The position numbers were made by a program, and so were the translations under genes. Source: an uncultured bacterium (lineage in GTDB: Bacteria > Calescibacteriota > Calescibacteriia > Calescibacteriales > Calescibacteriaceae). From it: a stretch of DNA of 64,000 nt. The notes beneath the pieces were generated by a model. It saw only the letters and a list, made by a program, of their open reading frames with translations, made no database searches and was not told where the DNA came from. How positions within the stretch are numbered: the stretch's first letter is position 1; each line of letters starts with the position of its first letter. Where the stretch lies: positions 52,722 to 116,721 of the forward strand of contig CALHPK010000003.1 of assembly GCA_938036315.1 (NCBI GenBank). The letters run 5' to 3'. Of this stretch, positions 54,371 to 63,136 are shown piece after piece.

Positions 54371-55126
54371 TCATTTTTTTCTTTCAAAAAATTTCTGAAG
54401 TCGCAACTGTGTATCTGGATTTGACCTAGTTAGTGCCAAAAATTCTGCTGCTATGGATTTATGAATATCCAAATCTCTTCCATAAAGAAATCTCATAAGT
54501 TCTTTAGCTCTTTTTATAGCATAAGGTGAGCAACCGTGGATCTCCTGAAGTAAATCGCTCACAACTTCGTCAAGTTTTTCTCTGGGGACAACTATATCGA
54601 CAAGAGAAATCTCCTTTGCAAATTTTGCGTCAAACTCCATTCCTGTCAGAGCCAGGATCTTAACCTTTGGTCCTATTCTCATTTTGAGAAATACTGAAAT
54701 TACTGCTGGAACGAGTCCTATCTTCACTTCTGGTAATCTAAATCTTGCATTTTCCTCGGCTACAACTATATCAGATGCTGCTAAAAATCCGACTCCACCC
54801 CCATACGCCCCTCCTTTAACTTTAGTTATAACTGGGATGTCTGAGTTCCATATAGCTTCGTACATCTTCACAAGATTTAGAGCATCCTGTAAGTTTTCCT
54901 CAAAAGGAAGCTTACCTTTTTCGATCATCCATCTTAGGTCTCCACCAGCACAAAAAAATTCTCCCTCACCCTCAATAACAGCAACCCTAAGATCCTTAGA
55001 ATTTACATTCAAAAATATTTTCGTTACTTCTTCGATAACCTCTTCATCTATCACGTTCCTCTTTGCTGGATTTGAAAGTATAACCCTAAGAACACCAGAC
55101 TCTTCATATACTCTAACCTTACCCAT
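54371..55126 (-). CDS. Enoyl-CoA hydratase/isomerase (crotonase) family protein
   Basis: 251 aa. FFCAGGDL oxyanion-hole motif and GGAYGGGVGF. Confidence 0.85.
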   Translation of the reverse strand: MGKVRVYEESGVLRVILSNPAKRNVIDEEVIEEVTKIFLNVNSKDLRVAVIEGEGEFFCAGGDLRWMIEKGKLPFEENLQDALNLVKMYEAIWNSDIPVITKVKGGAYGGGVGFLAASDIVVAEENARFRLPEVKIGLVPAVISVFLKMRIGPKVKILALTGMEFDAKFAKEISLVDIVVPREKLDEVVSDLLQEIHGCSPYAIKRAKELMRFLYGRDLDIHKSIAAEFLALTRSNPDTQLRLQKFFERKK

Positions 55127-55238
55127 ATGTTTACTTTGATTTTACACCTGATTATTTATTTTTTGCCAAATACGACAATATCTACTTTATCCATCTATAT
55201 CTATATTTTTAACTTTTTCACATCTCTACGGTTCATTT

Positions 55239-55544
55239 CTATTTCGAGCTCTCCTGGTATATTTCGCTTGGCATATTTCGTATAATCTCCCTCTCTATCT
55301 CTATATTTTTCAAATCGTACAAAAAATCTATCCTGTGAATATGTTTTAATAACTTAAACTCACTACTTAAACTCACTTCCCTCAAGTCCCGGTTTTTCGA
55401 CTTTTTATCACAACTTAATAACCCAAATCCTATTTTCAGTTCTGTTGAAAACTGATAGAATGAAAACATGCTGTATTTTCTATAAAGAGCGATGCATAAT
55501 GAAGCATCATAATTAGCATCATAATTAGCATCATAATTAAGCAT
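55239..55544 (-). CDS. Doubtful small ORF with N-terminal (A)NYD x3 repeat
   Basis: 101-aa ORF in a repeat-rich AT-rich spacer, with no Shine-Dalgarno and no recognisable motif. Coding status uncertain. Confidence 0.25.
   Translation of the reverse strand: MLNYDANYDANYDASLCIALYRKYSMFSFYQFSTELKIGFGLLSCDKKSKNRDLREVSLSSEFKLLKHIHRIDFLYDLKNIEIEREIIRNMPSEIYQESSK
55504..55539. repeat. Perfect 3 x 12-bp tandem repeat (gcatcataatta)
   Basis: Units at 55504-55515, 55516-55527, 55528-55539. In frame with the 101-aa ORF, encoding NYDA x3. Confidence 0.95.
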
Positions 55545-55711
55545 TTTATCAACAAAGCCTACTACAAGTTTTTCTTGAATTTTGTCTCTTTACACCTTTG
55601 TGGCTCATAAATGTTTATACGATCTTCTAAAATAGTGGAAAACTTTCAAGCCAGAAAAATTTTCTAAGATCTACTTAAATCCTACGCTATGCGCAAAATA
55701 GATTATTATTT

Positions 55712-56662
55712 ATGATGTACAAAAGCAGATTCAATAACAACTTTAAATTTAATGATATCAGTAATGACGATTGTAGCTGGGAGATTGTAGATAAGATACC
55801 ATTTAAGGGGGATAATAGAAATTCTCATAGTGCAGAATCATTTTCATTTATATTTATTGATGGCACTCTCTCAGAACCCTATACTGTAAAGTCGGAAAAT
55901 TTTGTCTTTTCTTTGACAAGGTGCGGAATAGGGGCAGGCTTCGAAAGAGGTAAATCTCGCAGAAAGATCATAAACTTTGTGAATATTCAGGTGAAAGATA
56001 ACTCAGAAACTAACCTTATCAAATTTATCCTTGACTCCATCTCGAAGGAATTCTCATCAGAAAATCTTGGAGAGGTAATTTACGTAACTGGAGAAGATGA
56101 AATACTCATAAAGTTAAGGCAAGAAGAGTTAAAACTAGCTGTTGAATTGGCAACAGAAAAAAATGAAAATAGAGAAACATCTGACGAAAACAAAATCCCA
56201 GCTATTGTGCTGGATGGCTCTATTCCAGCGGACAAAAAACTCTATGAATCGTTGATCATGATCTGTGGATTAGTAAAAAATGTTCGATGTTGGTACGGCT
56301 ACTCAGATGAATACCTAAAAAGGTTCTGCAAAGGGGAGACATCGGATATCCTGAAACTTGAAAAAAATGGAATCACAAAGTTTGCCTTCTTCATAAAAAT
56401 GTCTAACAACAATCTCACTACAGGAGGGGATATACCAGTAATCAGGGCTGAATTTTCTTTGTGCGAAGATCCGGAAAATTTTGCAAACATCTTTAAACAC
56501 AAAATACTTAGATGGAGTTCATCAATAGGTGATAGAGCACCGAAGAACTTAACACCTATTAGAGTTCTTGAGAGAATAATAAGAAGTCATGGAGGTAGCG
56601 AAGAATTTATACTAAGAAAAATTCAGGTAATTCTCAAAAAATTTGGTATACAACATATATAA
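55712..56662 (+). CDS. Hypothetical protein with NurA-like nuclease motif arrangement
   Basis: 316 aa. FIFIDGT, acidic helix EDEILIKLRQEELKLAVE, AIVLDGSIP, ICGLVKNV, FAFFIKM, VIRAEF, PIRVLERIIRSHGG, in the order and spacing I associate with NurA (RNase H-like fold). Pattern-level call, no HerA-type ATPase nearby, no Shine-Dalgarno. Confidence 0.45.
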   Translation: MMYKSRFNNNFKFNDISNDDCSWEIVDKIPFKGDNRNSHSAESFSFIFIDGTLSEPYTVKSENFVFSLTRCGIGAGFERGKSRRKIINFVNIQVKDNSETNLIKFILDSISKEFSSENLGEVIYVTGEDEILIKLRQEELKLAVELATEKNENRETSDENKIPAIVLDGSIPADKKLYESLIMICGLVKNVRCWYGYSDEYLKRFCKGETSDILKLEKNGITKFAFFIKMSNNNLTTGGDIPVIRAEFSLCEDPENFANIFKHKILRWSSSIGDRAPKNLTPIRVLERIIRSHGGSEEFILRKIQVILKKFGIQHI

Positions 56663-56691
56663 AAATTCGTATACACAACCTGAAACACAAA

Positions 56692-57846
56692 ATGTATGCA
56701 AATAAGGAGGATAAAAAGATGGAGGGAGGGAAAAAGAAAGGAAAGACTCAGGTCAGGAAAAGAGAGGCAGAAATAGAGAAGAAATCAGAATCAAATTCAT
56801 CGAATACAGATTCCAAGAAAAAATTGAGATTTCTCGTTACTGGAGCATGTGGGTTCTCTGGCTCACATATGGTTGACTTGCTCCTGAAGGAAGGCTACAA
56901 TGTCATAGCAACAGATGTTGCAAATATGCCGCGAAGATGGCTAAATCCAGAGGTTGAATTTATACCTTCGGATCTTTCGGATGTGAAGTCTCTTGAGAAG
57001 GTAGTCAACTCTGTTGATATTATATTTCATCCTGCCGCAATATTTAACTACTCGGCTCCACTTGATGCGCTTGTAAAAGTTAACGTTGAAGGGACTCGTA
57101 ATCTTCTCAATGTTGCGGTAAACAATGGAGTCAGGAGGATTGTTTTATGGAGCACTGCTGGTGTTTACTCAAAAATATCTGATGCTATAATAGATGAATC
57201 CGGCCCACTTGGTCCCTCAAATAATTATGAATATTCTAAACTAAAGCAAGAAGAACTTGTGCTGGATTACTGTAATGCAAAGAAAATTGAGGCGGTAATC
57301 ATAAGGCCTGCTCCCATATATGGTCCACGTAGCCTTTATGGTTTTGCAAATATAGTATTTGGAGTCTCAAAGCTCCCATTAGCTATATTACCACGGCTCA
57401 GCAACAAAGCGGTTTCTGTCCATGTTGAGGATGTTGTAGGATCTGCTCTATTCCTTGGATTAAGAGAGGATACAAACGGAGAGATATTCAATATAGTTGA
57501 TGATTCTGACTATTCATTTTCAGAACTTGTTCTTCTTATCAGTAGACTTTTGGGTAAGCCATCAATTGAAATCCCCATTGAAGTTAACGCAAAGTGTATC
57601 TCTTTCATTATGGTATATATTGCAAGAGCTGTAAGATTGTTGAAGGATCTTTTTCCATTAATTTTCCAAATTCCCCTGGTTGAATCTCTAAAATATCTTG
57701 AAGAAGATACAGCAAGATATATAGCTCACTCTTTTCGTTTTTCCAATAAAAAGCTAAAAAGCTTTGGTTACATTCTGAAATACCCTGATCTGAAAGATGG
57801 TCTTCCAGAAACGATAAAATGGTATAAGGAGTATGGCTATTTATAA
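56692..57846 (+). CDS. NAD-dependent epimerase/dehydratase with Lys/Glu-rich N-terminal tail
   Basis: 384 aa. LVTGACGFSGSH and YEYSK (YxxxK). About 45-aa charged N-terminal extension. Confidence 0.85.
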   Translation: MYANKEDKKMEGGKKKGKTQVRKREAEIEKKSESNSSNTDSKKKLRFLVTGACGFSGSHMVDLLLKEGYNVIATDVANMPRRWLNPEVEFIPSDLSDVKSLEKVVNSVDIIFHPAAIFNYSAPLDALVKVNVEGTRNLLNVAVNNGVRRIVLWSTAGVYSKISDAIIDESGPLGPSNNYEYSKLKQEELVLDYCNAKKIEAVIIRPAPIYGPRSLYGFANIVFGVSKLPLAILPRLSNKAVSVHVEDVVGSALFLGLREDTNGEIFNIVDDSDYSFSELVLLISRLLGKPSIEIPIEVNAKCISFIMVYIARAVRLLKDLFPLIFQIPLVESLKYLEEDTARYIAHSFRFSNKKLKSFGYILKYPDLKDGLPETIKWYKEYGYL

Positions 57847-57867
57847 TTAATTTCTACTTATCTTACT

Positions 57868-58905
57868 ATGGAAATAGATGAAGCTAAGAAGTTCAAAGAG
57901 ATTTTCAGGAATCTTGTAGAGAGCAGGAAGAATTTAGGATATGAAGAAGCCAAATTTTGTCTTGAACTTATAGTAAGCGGTAAAGTTTCAACAGAGCTGA
58001 TCTCAGCTTTTCTTACTGCCCTACATCTTAAGGGAGAAACAGAGGAGGAAATTGCTGGATTTGCAATGACTATGAGGGAAAAAGCTGTAAAGCCGGACCT
58101 CAAGATAAACAAAAATTTGCTTGCTGATACCTGCGGGACAGGAGGAGATGGACTCCATACTTTTAATGCTTCGACCGCTTCCGCAATACTTCTTTCAGCT
58201 ATGGGCATTCTAGTAGCAAAGCATGGCAACAGGGCTGTTTCATCAAAATCTGGATCCGCAGATATACTTGAGAAGGTGGGAGTAAAGATAGAAATTCCCC
58301 CAGACAAAGTTGGTGAAGAACTATCAAGAAAAAATTTTGTATTCCTCTTTGCTCCGCTATATCACCCGGTGATGAAATCAGTAGCACCAATAAGAAAAGA
58401 ACTTGGTATAAGAACAATTTTTAACCTACTAGGTCCACTTACGAATCCGGCCGAAGTTGGGAATCAGTTAATAGGTACGATATCTCCTGACTTTGCAAGA
58501 AAGATAGCTAATGCAGTGAGAATTTTGAGAAATCCTCAAAGAGCTCTGATTGTAGTCGGAGAAGTAAACGGAAAATTTACAGATGAAATATCTCCGTGTG
58601 GTAGAACCTTAGCAATTGAGATAAAAGAAGGGAAACTGGACGAATTTTTTATAGATCCAGATGACGTTGGGATCAAAAGGGTTAGCCTTGATGAGATATT
58701 GTACAGAGGGGAAGAGGAATTTCTTCTGACTTTGCAGGGGAAATCTCATGAGGCTCTGATTAACTTTGTGTGTCTAAACTCTGCCGGAGTGTTATATCTT
58801 ATGGGGAAGGCACGTGATATAAAAGAAGGTTTTGAAAAGGCAAAAAGCTTCATCTTAACAGGAAAAGCTTACGATCATCTTAAATCCATCATCACTTTGC
58901 ATTGA
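57868..58905 (+). CDS. trpD: Anthranilate phosphoribosyltransferase
   Basis: 345 aa. DTCGTGGDG, KHGNRAVSSKSGSADILE, FNLLGPLTNP. No other trp genes in the window. Confidence 0.9.
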   Translation: MEIDEAKKFKEIFRNLVESRKNLGYEEAKFCLELIVSGKVSTELISAFLTALHLKGETEEEIAGFAMTMREKAVKPDLKINKNLLADTCGTGGDGLHTFNASTASAILLSAMGILVAKHGNRAVSSKSGSADILEKVGVKIEIPPDKVGEELSRKNFVFLFAPLYHPVMKSVAPIRKELGIRTIFNLLGPLTNPAEVGNQLIGTISPDFARKIANAVRILRNPQRALIVVGEVNGKFTDEISPCGRTLAIEIKEGKLDEFFIDPDDVGIKRVSLDEILYRGEEEFLLTLQGKSHEALINFVCLNSAGVLYLMGKARDIKEGFEKAKSFILTGKAYDHLKSIITLH

Positions 58906-59008
58906 ATGACAAACAAGGTAAATTTATCGCAAATTGACTTCAAAGCTATAGCAAAAATACTACTTAGTTCATCTTTATAAATAAATCTATAATTAAATTT
59001 GTGGCAAA

Positions 59009-60640
59009 ATGATACACAAGAAATCTGATAAAGCTCTACTCACTTTATGTTTTGTATATTTTTTTATAAATTTTATACTTAATGTCTCCGTTGTTGGACC
59101 AACTGACGATGCTGAATATTTTTTAAACAAGAAAAAAGTTGTAGGATTCAATGCATATGGTGGGAAACTTTTCCCACTTTTCAATCATTATGGAGATGAA
59201 TCAACCGGTGCAATTATAAAAAATTTGTCAGGTATAAAATTGGTTCTACAACCCCTCCCGCCAACTCATATTGTACAAATAGGGAATCTTTCAGTTCCGA
59301 TAGCAACTTGGCCACATACAAGCTATTTGCCCAATCTTCTCCAGGTACCTTTCTTGTATGTCAGTTATTCGATCTATTCCTTAATTGTGTACAATTTATC
59401 AATAAGTATTATTTTTTTATTAATATATTTTTCCCTTTCATCAAAACTCAATTCAAATGGTGGTAGAGTATTTTCATTCTTGCTTTTCTCAACTTCAACA
59501 GCTTTTAACTTTATATCCTGCAGCATCCAAGCAGCAGCTCATTATTACTATATATGTTCAATATTTCTATTATTTTCGCTATACTTTGCTTTACTATACA
59601 TTGAACGTAGAAAATTTAAATATATTTTGCTATCCGCAATCTTTATATCCTTCACTGTACTATCCCACATAAAAACGGGAATGATTTCTCTCATCGCTCT
59701 AACATTATCATTAATTTTCACAATTAGAAACTTCAAAATTGCACTTCTGTACTTTATCTTCGCTCTGCTTTCTCTCTTACCATTTTTCGCTTTTTGGTTT
59801 TTTTTCTACAAAGTTCACCCTCCATATTTTTCATTGATACACTTCCCCCAAACCTCCTATGATTTCTTCAACATATTGAAAGGTTTCAATTTCAATAGGG
59901 TGGTATATGGTTTACATGACCTTGCTGGAGTTTTCGATTTTCTGGGAATTGGTAGAAATCTCTGGTTTGAATACTCTCACAATCCGTCTTACATCTGGTT
60001 ATTCCCTCTCATTACATTACCTATGTTTATTTTCATAAGAAAATGGAGAAGCATAGCTCTATTTTCTTTAATCTATATATCAATAGAATCTTTGTCTTCA
60101 AATCTCTTTGGCTTCCCACGCAGATTCTTCGCATTATTCCCTGTAATTCTTCTTATCTACGGAGAAATTGCATTTTACATCTGGAGAAAAAAATGGCTTT
60201 TATCTGCCATTTTAGTATTACTATTTATCTCGCTCCAGATATACAGAACTCACAAAATTTTTAATCATATAAGATCAGGTAACACTGTTGAGATATACCA
60301 TCCCCATAAATATCAGAAGGAGTTAGCCGAATATCTACAGAACAAAGGCATAAAAAAACCTGTCATTATTTCTGGATTCTTAAATATAGAACTACTAAGC
60401 CAAGGTAGAACAAAACCAATAGACTGGAGCTACGCATGGCACTTCTCAAAAGACAGCAAAAATATTTTAGCTTTAATTTTAAAGATGAATAGAGGGAGAT
60501 ATATAATAATTGATTGGAGTCAGAATCTTGCCGATATCAAAAATATTGCGCTTGAACATTCCATCAAAATCAAAGAGGAGAAGTTTTTCCCCGAAGGGAA
60601 ACCAGTTTTTATCTTAGCTTTTGTAGAAGATACTAATTAG
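59009..60640 (+). CDS. Polytopic membrane protein, GT-C (ArnT/PMT)-like putative glycosyltransferase
   Basis: 543 aa with more than 10 hydrophobic segments. Acidic GPTDDAEYF motif just after TM1, as in GT-C enzymes, and a soluble C-terminal domain. Confidence 0.5.
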   Translation: MIHKKSDKALLTLCFVYFFINFILNVSVVGPTDDAEYFLNKKKVVGFNAYGGKLFPLFNHYGDESTGAIIKNLSGIKLVLQPLPPTHIVQIGNLSVPIATWPHTSYLPNLLQVPFLYVSYSIYSLIVYNLSISIIFLLIYFSLSSKLNSNGGRVFSFLLFSTSTAFNFISCSIQAAAHYYYICSIFLLFSLYFALLYIERRKFKYILLSAIFISFTVLSHIKTGMISLIALTLSLIFTIRNFKIALLYFIFALLSLLPFFAFWFFFYKVHPPYFSLIHFPQTSYDFFNILKGFNFNRVVYGLHDLAGVFDFLGIGRNLWFEYSHNPSYIWLFPLITLPMFIFIRKWRSIALFSLIYISIESLSSNLFGFPRRFFALFPVILLIYGEIAFYIWRKKWLLSAILVLLFISLQIYRTHKIFNHIRSGNTVEIYHPHKYQKELAEYLQNKGIKKPVIISGFLNIELLSQGRTKPIDWSYAWHFSKDSKNILALILKMNRGRYIIIDWSQNLADIKNIALEHSIKIKEEKFFPEGKPVFILAFVEDTN

Positions 60641-62037
60641 TTAAGTAAATATACTTCGAAGATAAATTTAGGAATTATATTTTTAATGATAGGGAACATA
60701 ATTTTCTCCAATGTATCCAATTCGTTAAAAAATATTGTTAGACCATCTATTCTTTTTTCTTTTCTCAGCTGAGATGTAGATATCTCAAACTCTTCATAAG
60801 TAATGTCAATTATTAATACTTTTATATCCCACCCCTCCAGGATCTTTATGAGATCATATTCTCTATTATTACTATGCTTATAATTGTCTAGAAGTCCAAT
60901 ATAGAATCTCTGGAATCTAAAGTCATCTGACTTAGAAAGCACATATTTCAGAAAGAAATGCTGTTTTGGAACAAGAATGAGAAATCTCTGATCTCTTGGA
61001 AACTCCGCAATAGCTCTTTCTAAAGTTCCAGTGTAGTAATTTTTTGTCTTAAATAAGGTTATAGCAAAAACTAAAATGAAATATATTACTGCCTTTTTAT
61101 TCCTCTTTACTAATCCGTCTACCAAGAACAACAACGGTACTCCACAAGGGAAGTAATAGTGTGCGAAAAGATGCTCCGAGAGCACATAAATCGCAACAAA
61201 ATTTACAAGAAAGAAGATAAAAAAAATCAAAATCTCCTTTCTTGCTTCTACGTCCTTCATCACCACCATTGCCCAAACAATCAAAGGTAGCATAAATATG
61301 GAATACACGGATATGGAAGAGATTGAAAACAAGACAACAAGTAGAGCGGAAGGGATACTCTTTCCAGAAAGTATTTCGAATTTGTAGTGGAGCTCATACT
61401 GATTTTTGATACCCTGAATAAAATAATCCAAATTTATCCATGCTGGCAGAAAAGTTATAAATAAAGTAACTGCAGATATTAGAAAGAATAATGATAACTT
61501 TCTTCTGTTGCACAATCCAACGAGCACAAGAGCAGAAATAAATGATGGTATCCAGTATTTGAAAGAAATACACAGAGAAGATAGAATAGCAACCAAAATT
61601 ACATCTTTTGCTCTTTTCCCTTTCAAATGAATAAGAATAAGTAATGTAAATATAAAAATGAATATATCTGCTTTAGCCAGAGATGATATATATATATGCA
61701 TAGGTAGAAAAGCAATGATAAAAGATATCGTGGGGTAGCGGTATAAATACGGTATAAATATCGAAAGTGCTCCTACTACACACATAAAGACTCTAGTTTC
61801 GTACAAGGAAAAACCTAAAATTTTCAATGGAACAAGAAAAAAGGGGAAGATTGAATATTTAAAATTCGGAATTCCACTTGTTATACCTTCTACAATCCCT
61901 TGAATTTCTACTTCTTCATCTAATAAAATAGTTCTATAAGCTAAATGAATTCCCAAAATTACTCTTACACAAAAGAGTAATACTAATAATAATAGTATCA
62001 GGTGATTCTTTAAATTCCAATATCTAATTATGTTCAT
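60637..62037 (-). CDS. Polytopic membrane protein, GT-C (ArnT/PMT)-like putative glycosyltransferase
   Basis: Many TM segments, LLDEEVE acidic motif after TM1, soluble C-terminal domain. Start is ambiguous (ATGs at 62121, 62079, 62064, 62037). I give 62037 (MNIIRYW...) to minimise overlap with the divergent radical SAM gene. Confidence 0.5.
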   Translation of the reverse strand: MNIIRYWNLKNHLILLLLVLLFCVRVILGIHLAYRTILLDEEVEIQGIVEGITSGIPNFKYSIFPFFLVPLKILGFSLYETRVFMCVVGALSIFIPYLYRYPTISFIIAFLPMHIYISSLAKADIFIFIFTLLILIHLKGKRAKDVILVAILSSLCISFKYWIPSFISALVLVGLCNRRKLSLFFLISAVTLFITFLPAWINLDYFIQGIKNQYELHYKFEILSGKSIPSALLVVLFSISSISVYSIFMLPLIVWAMVVMKDVEARKEILIFFIFFLVNFVAIYVLSEHLFAHYYFPCGVPLLFLVDGLVKRNKKAVIYFILVFAITLFKTKNYYTGTLERAIAEFPRDQRFLILVPKQHFFLKYVLSKSDDFRFQRFYIGLLDNYKHSNNREYDLIKILEGWDIKVLIIDITYEEFEISTSQLRKEKRIDGLTIFFNELDTLEKIMFPIIKNIIPKFIFEVYLLN

Positions 62038-63073
62038 TCTGTATAAAGAATTTCTAAAATCCATTTTCAAAATATTCATTTTAACAAAGTATATAACTTT
62101 AAAGAAAATAATAAATCTCACTAAAGCCTTGATCTCTCACTTTTTCATTAAACCTCAAAAGACCAATTACTATCCAGTAAGGATCTATGTAGATGCATCA
62201 AACACGTGCAACCTAAGGTGTCCAATGTGCCCAACGGGAAGGGGGGAAACTCAAATAGAGAGAGGTAAATATTTTATGACGTTTGATATATTTAAGAAAA
62301 TTATAGATGAAGTAGGTGAATATCTTTTTGAAGTTGACTTTTACTTTTGGGGCGAACCTCTGTTAAATAGAGATATATTTAATATGATAGAATATGCTCA
62401 CAAAAGAAATATAAGAACAAGGATAAGTACAAATTTCTCTTTTACCGTTGATTTTGATAGATTAATACAAAGTGGATTAGACGAAATAATCATCTCGTGC
62501 GATGGAGCATCTGAGGAAACGTACAAAATCTATAGAGTCGGAGGAAATTTTCAAAAAGTCCTACGGAATATGAAACTTCTGGCTGATAGGAAAAGAGAAC
62601 TACGAAGCAAAAATCCAGAAATAATATGGCAATTTCTGGTGATGAAACATAACGAACATGAAATAAGTAAGGCTAAAAAAATGGCAAGCGAAATTGGAGT
62701 AAAACTCCGACTCCTCCCAATAAGAGCTGGACTCGGGCCAGATATCATAAATGACCATAAAGAAAATAAGTATATTTCGTGGCTTCCAAAGAAAATTACA
62801 AGATACAACAAAGACGGATCTAGAAAATTCAGGATAAAAAGCTGTCTGTTCCTATGGCTCCAAACATTCGTAAACGCTGATGGTTCCGTATCACCATGCT
62901 GTGGAGCATTTTATAAAAAAGATGATATGGGGAATGTACTAGAAAATGGATTACAGAATGTGTGGAATGGCAGGAAATACCAACTTGCAAGAGCCGTCGT
63001 CAAAAATAAATTAATAAATGAAAATATTATATGTTCGGAATGCGTCAGAAGAGGATATTTTATAGATCCATAG
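62030..63073 (+). CDS. Radical SAM enzyme with C-terminal SPASM/twitch-like Cys-rich domain
   Basis: 347 aa. CNLRCPMC (CxxxCxxC), FWGEPLL, C-terminal CLFLWLQTFVNADGSVSPCCG and CSEC. No candidate precursor peptide ORF nearby. Confidence 0.85.
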   Translation: MFILYKEFLKSIFKIFILTKYITLKKIINLTKALISHFFIKPQKTNYYPVRIYVDASNTCNLRCPMCPTGRGETQIERGKYFMTFDIFKKIIDEVGEYLFEVDFYFWGEPLLNRDIFNMIEYAHKRNIRTRISTNFSFTVDFDRLIQSGLDEIIISCDGASEETYKIYRVGGNFQKVLRNMKLLADRKRELRSKNPEIIWQFLVMKHNEHEISKAKKMASEIGVKLRLLPIRAGLGPDIINDHKENKYISWLPKKITRYNKDGSRKFRIKSCLFLWLQTFVNADGSVSPCCGAFYKKDDMGNVLENGLQNVWNGRKYQLARAVVKNKLINENIICSECVRRGYFIDP

Positions 63074-63136
63074 GCGTAGCTCACAATCTTATAAGCTCTA
63101 TTTTTTCAAAACCAAATTGCTCGAACCTTAGTTCCC

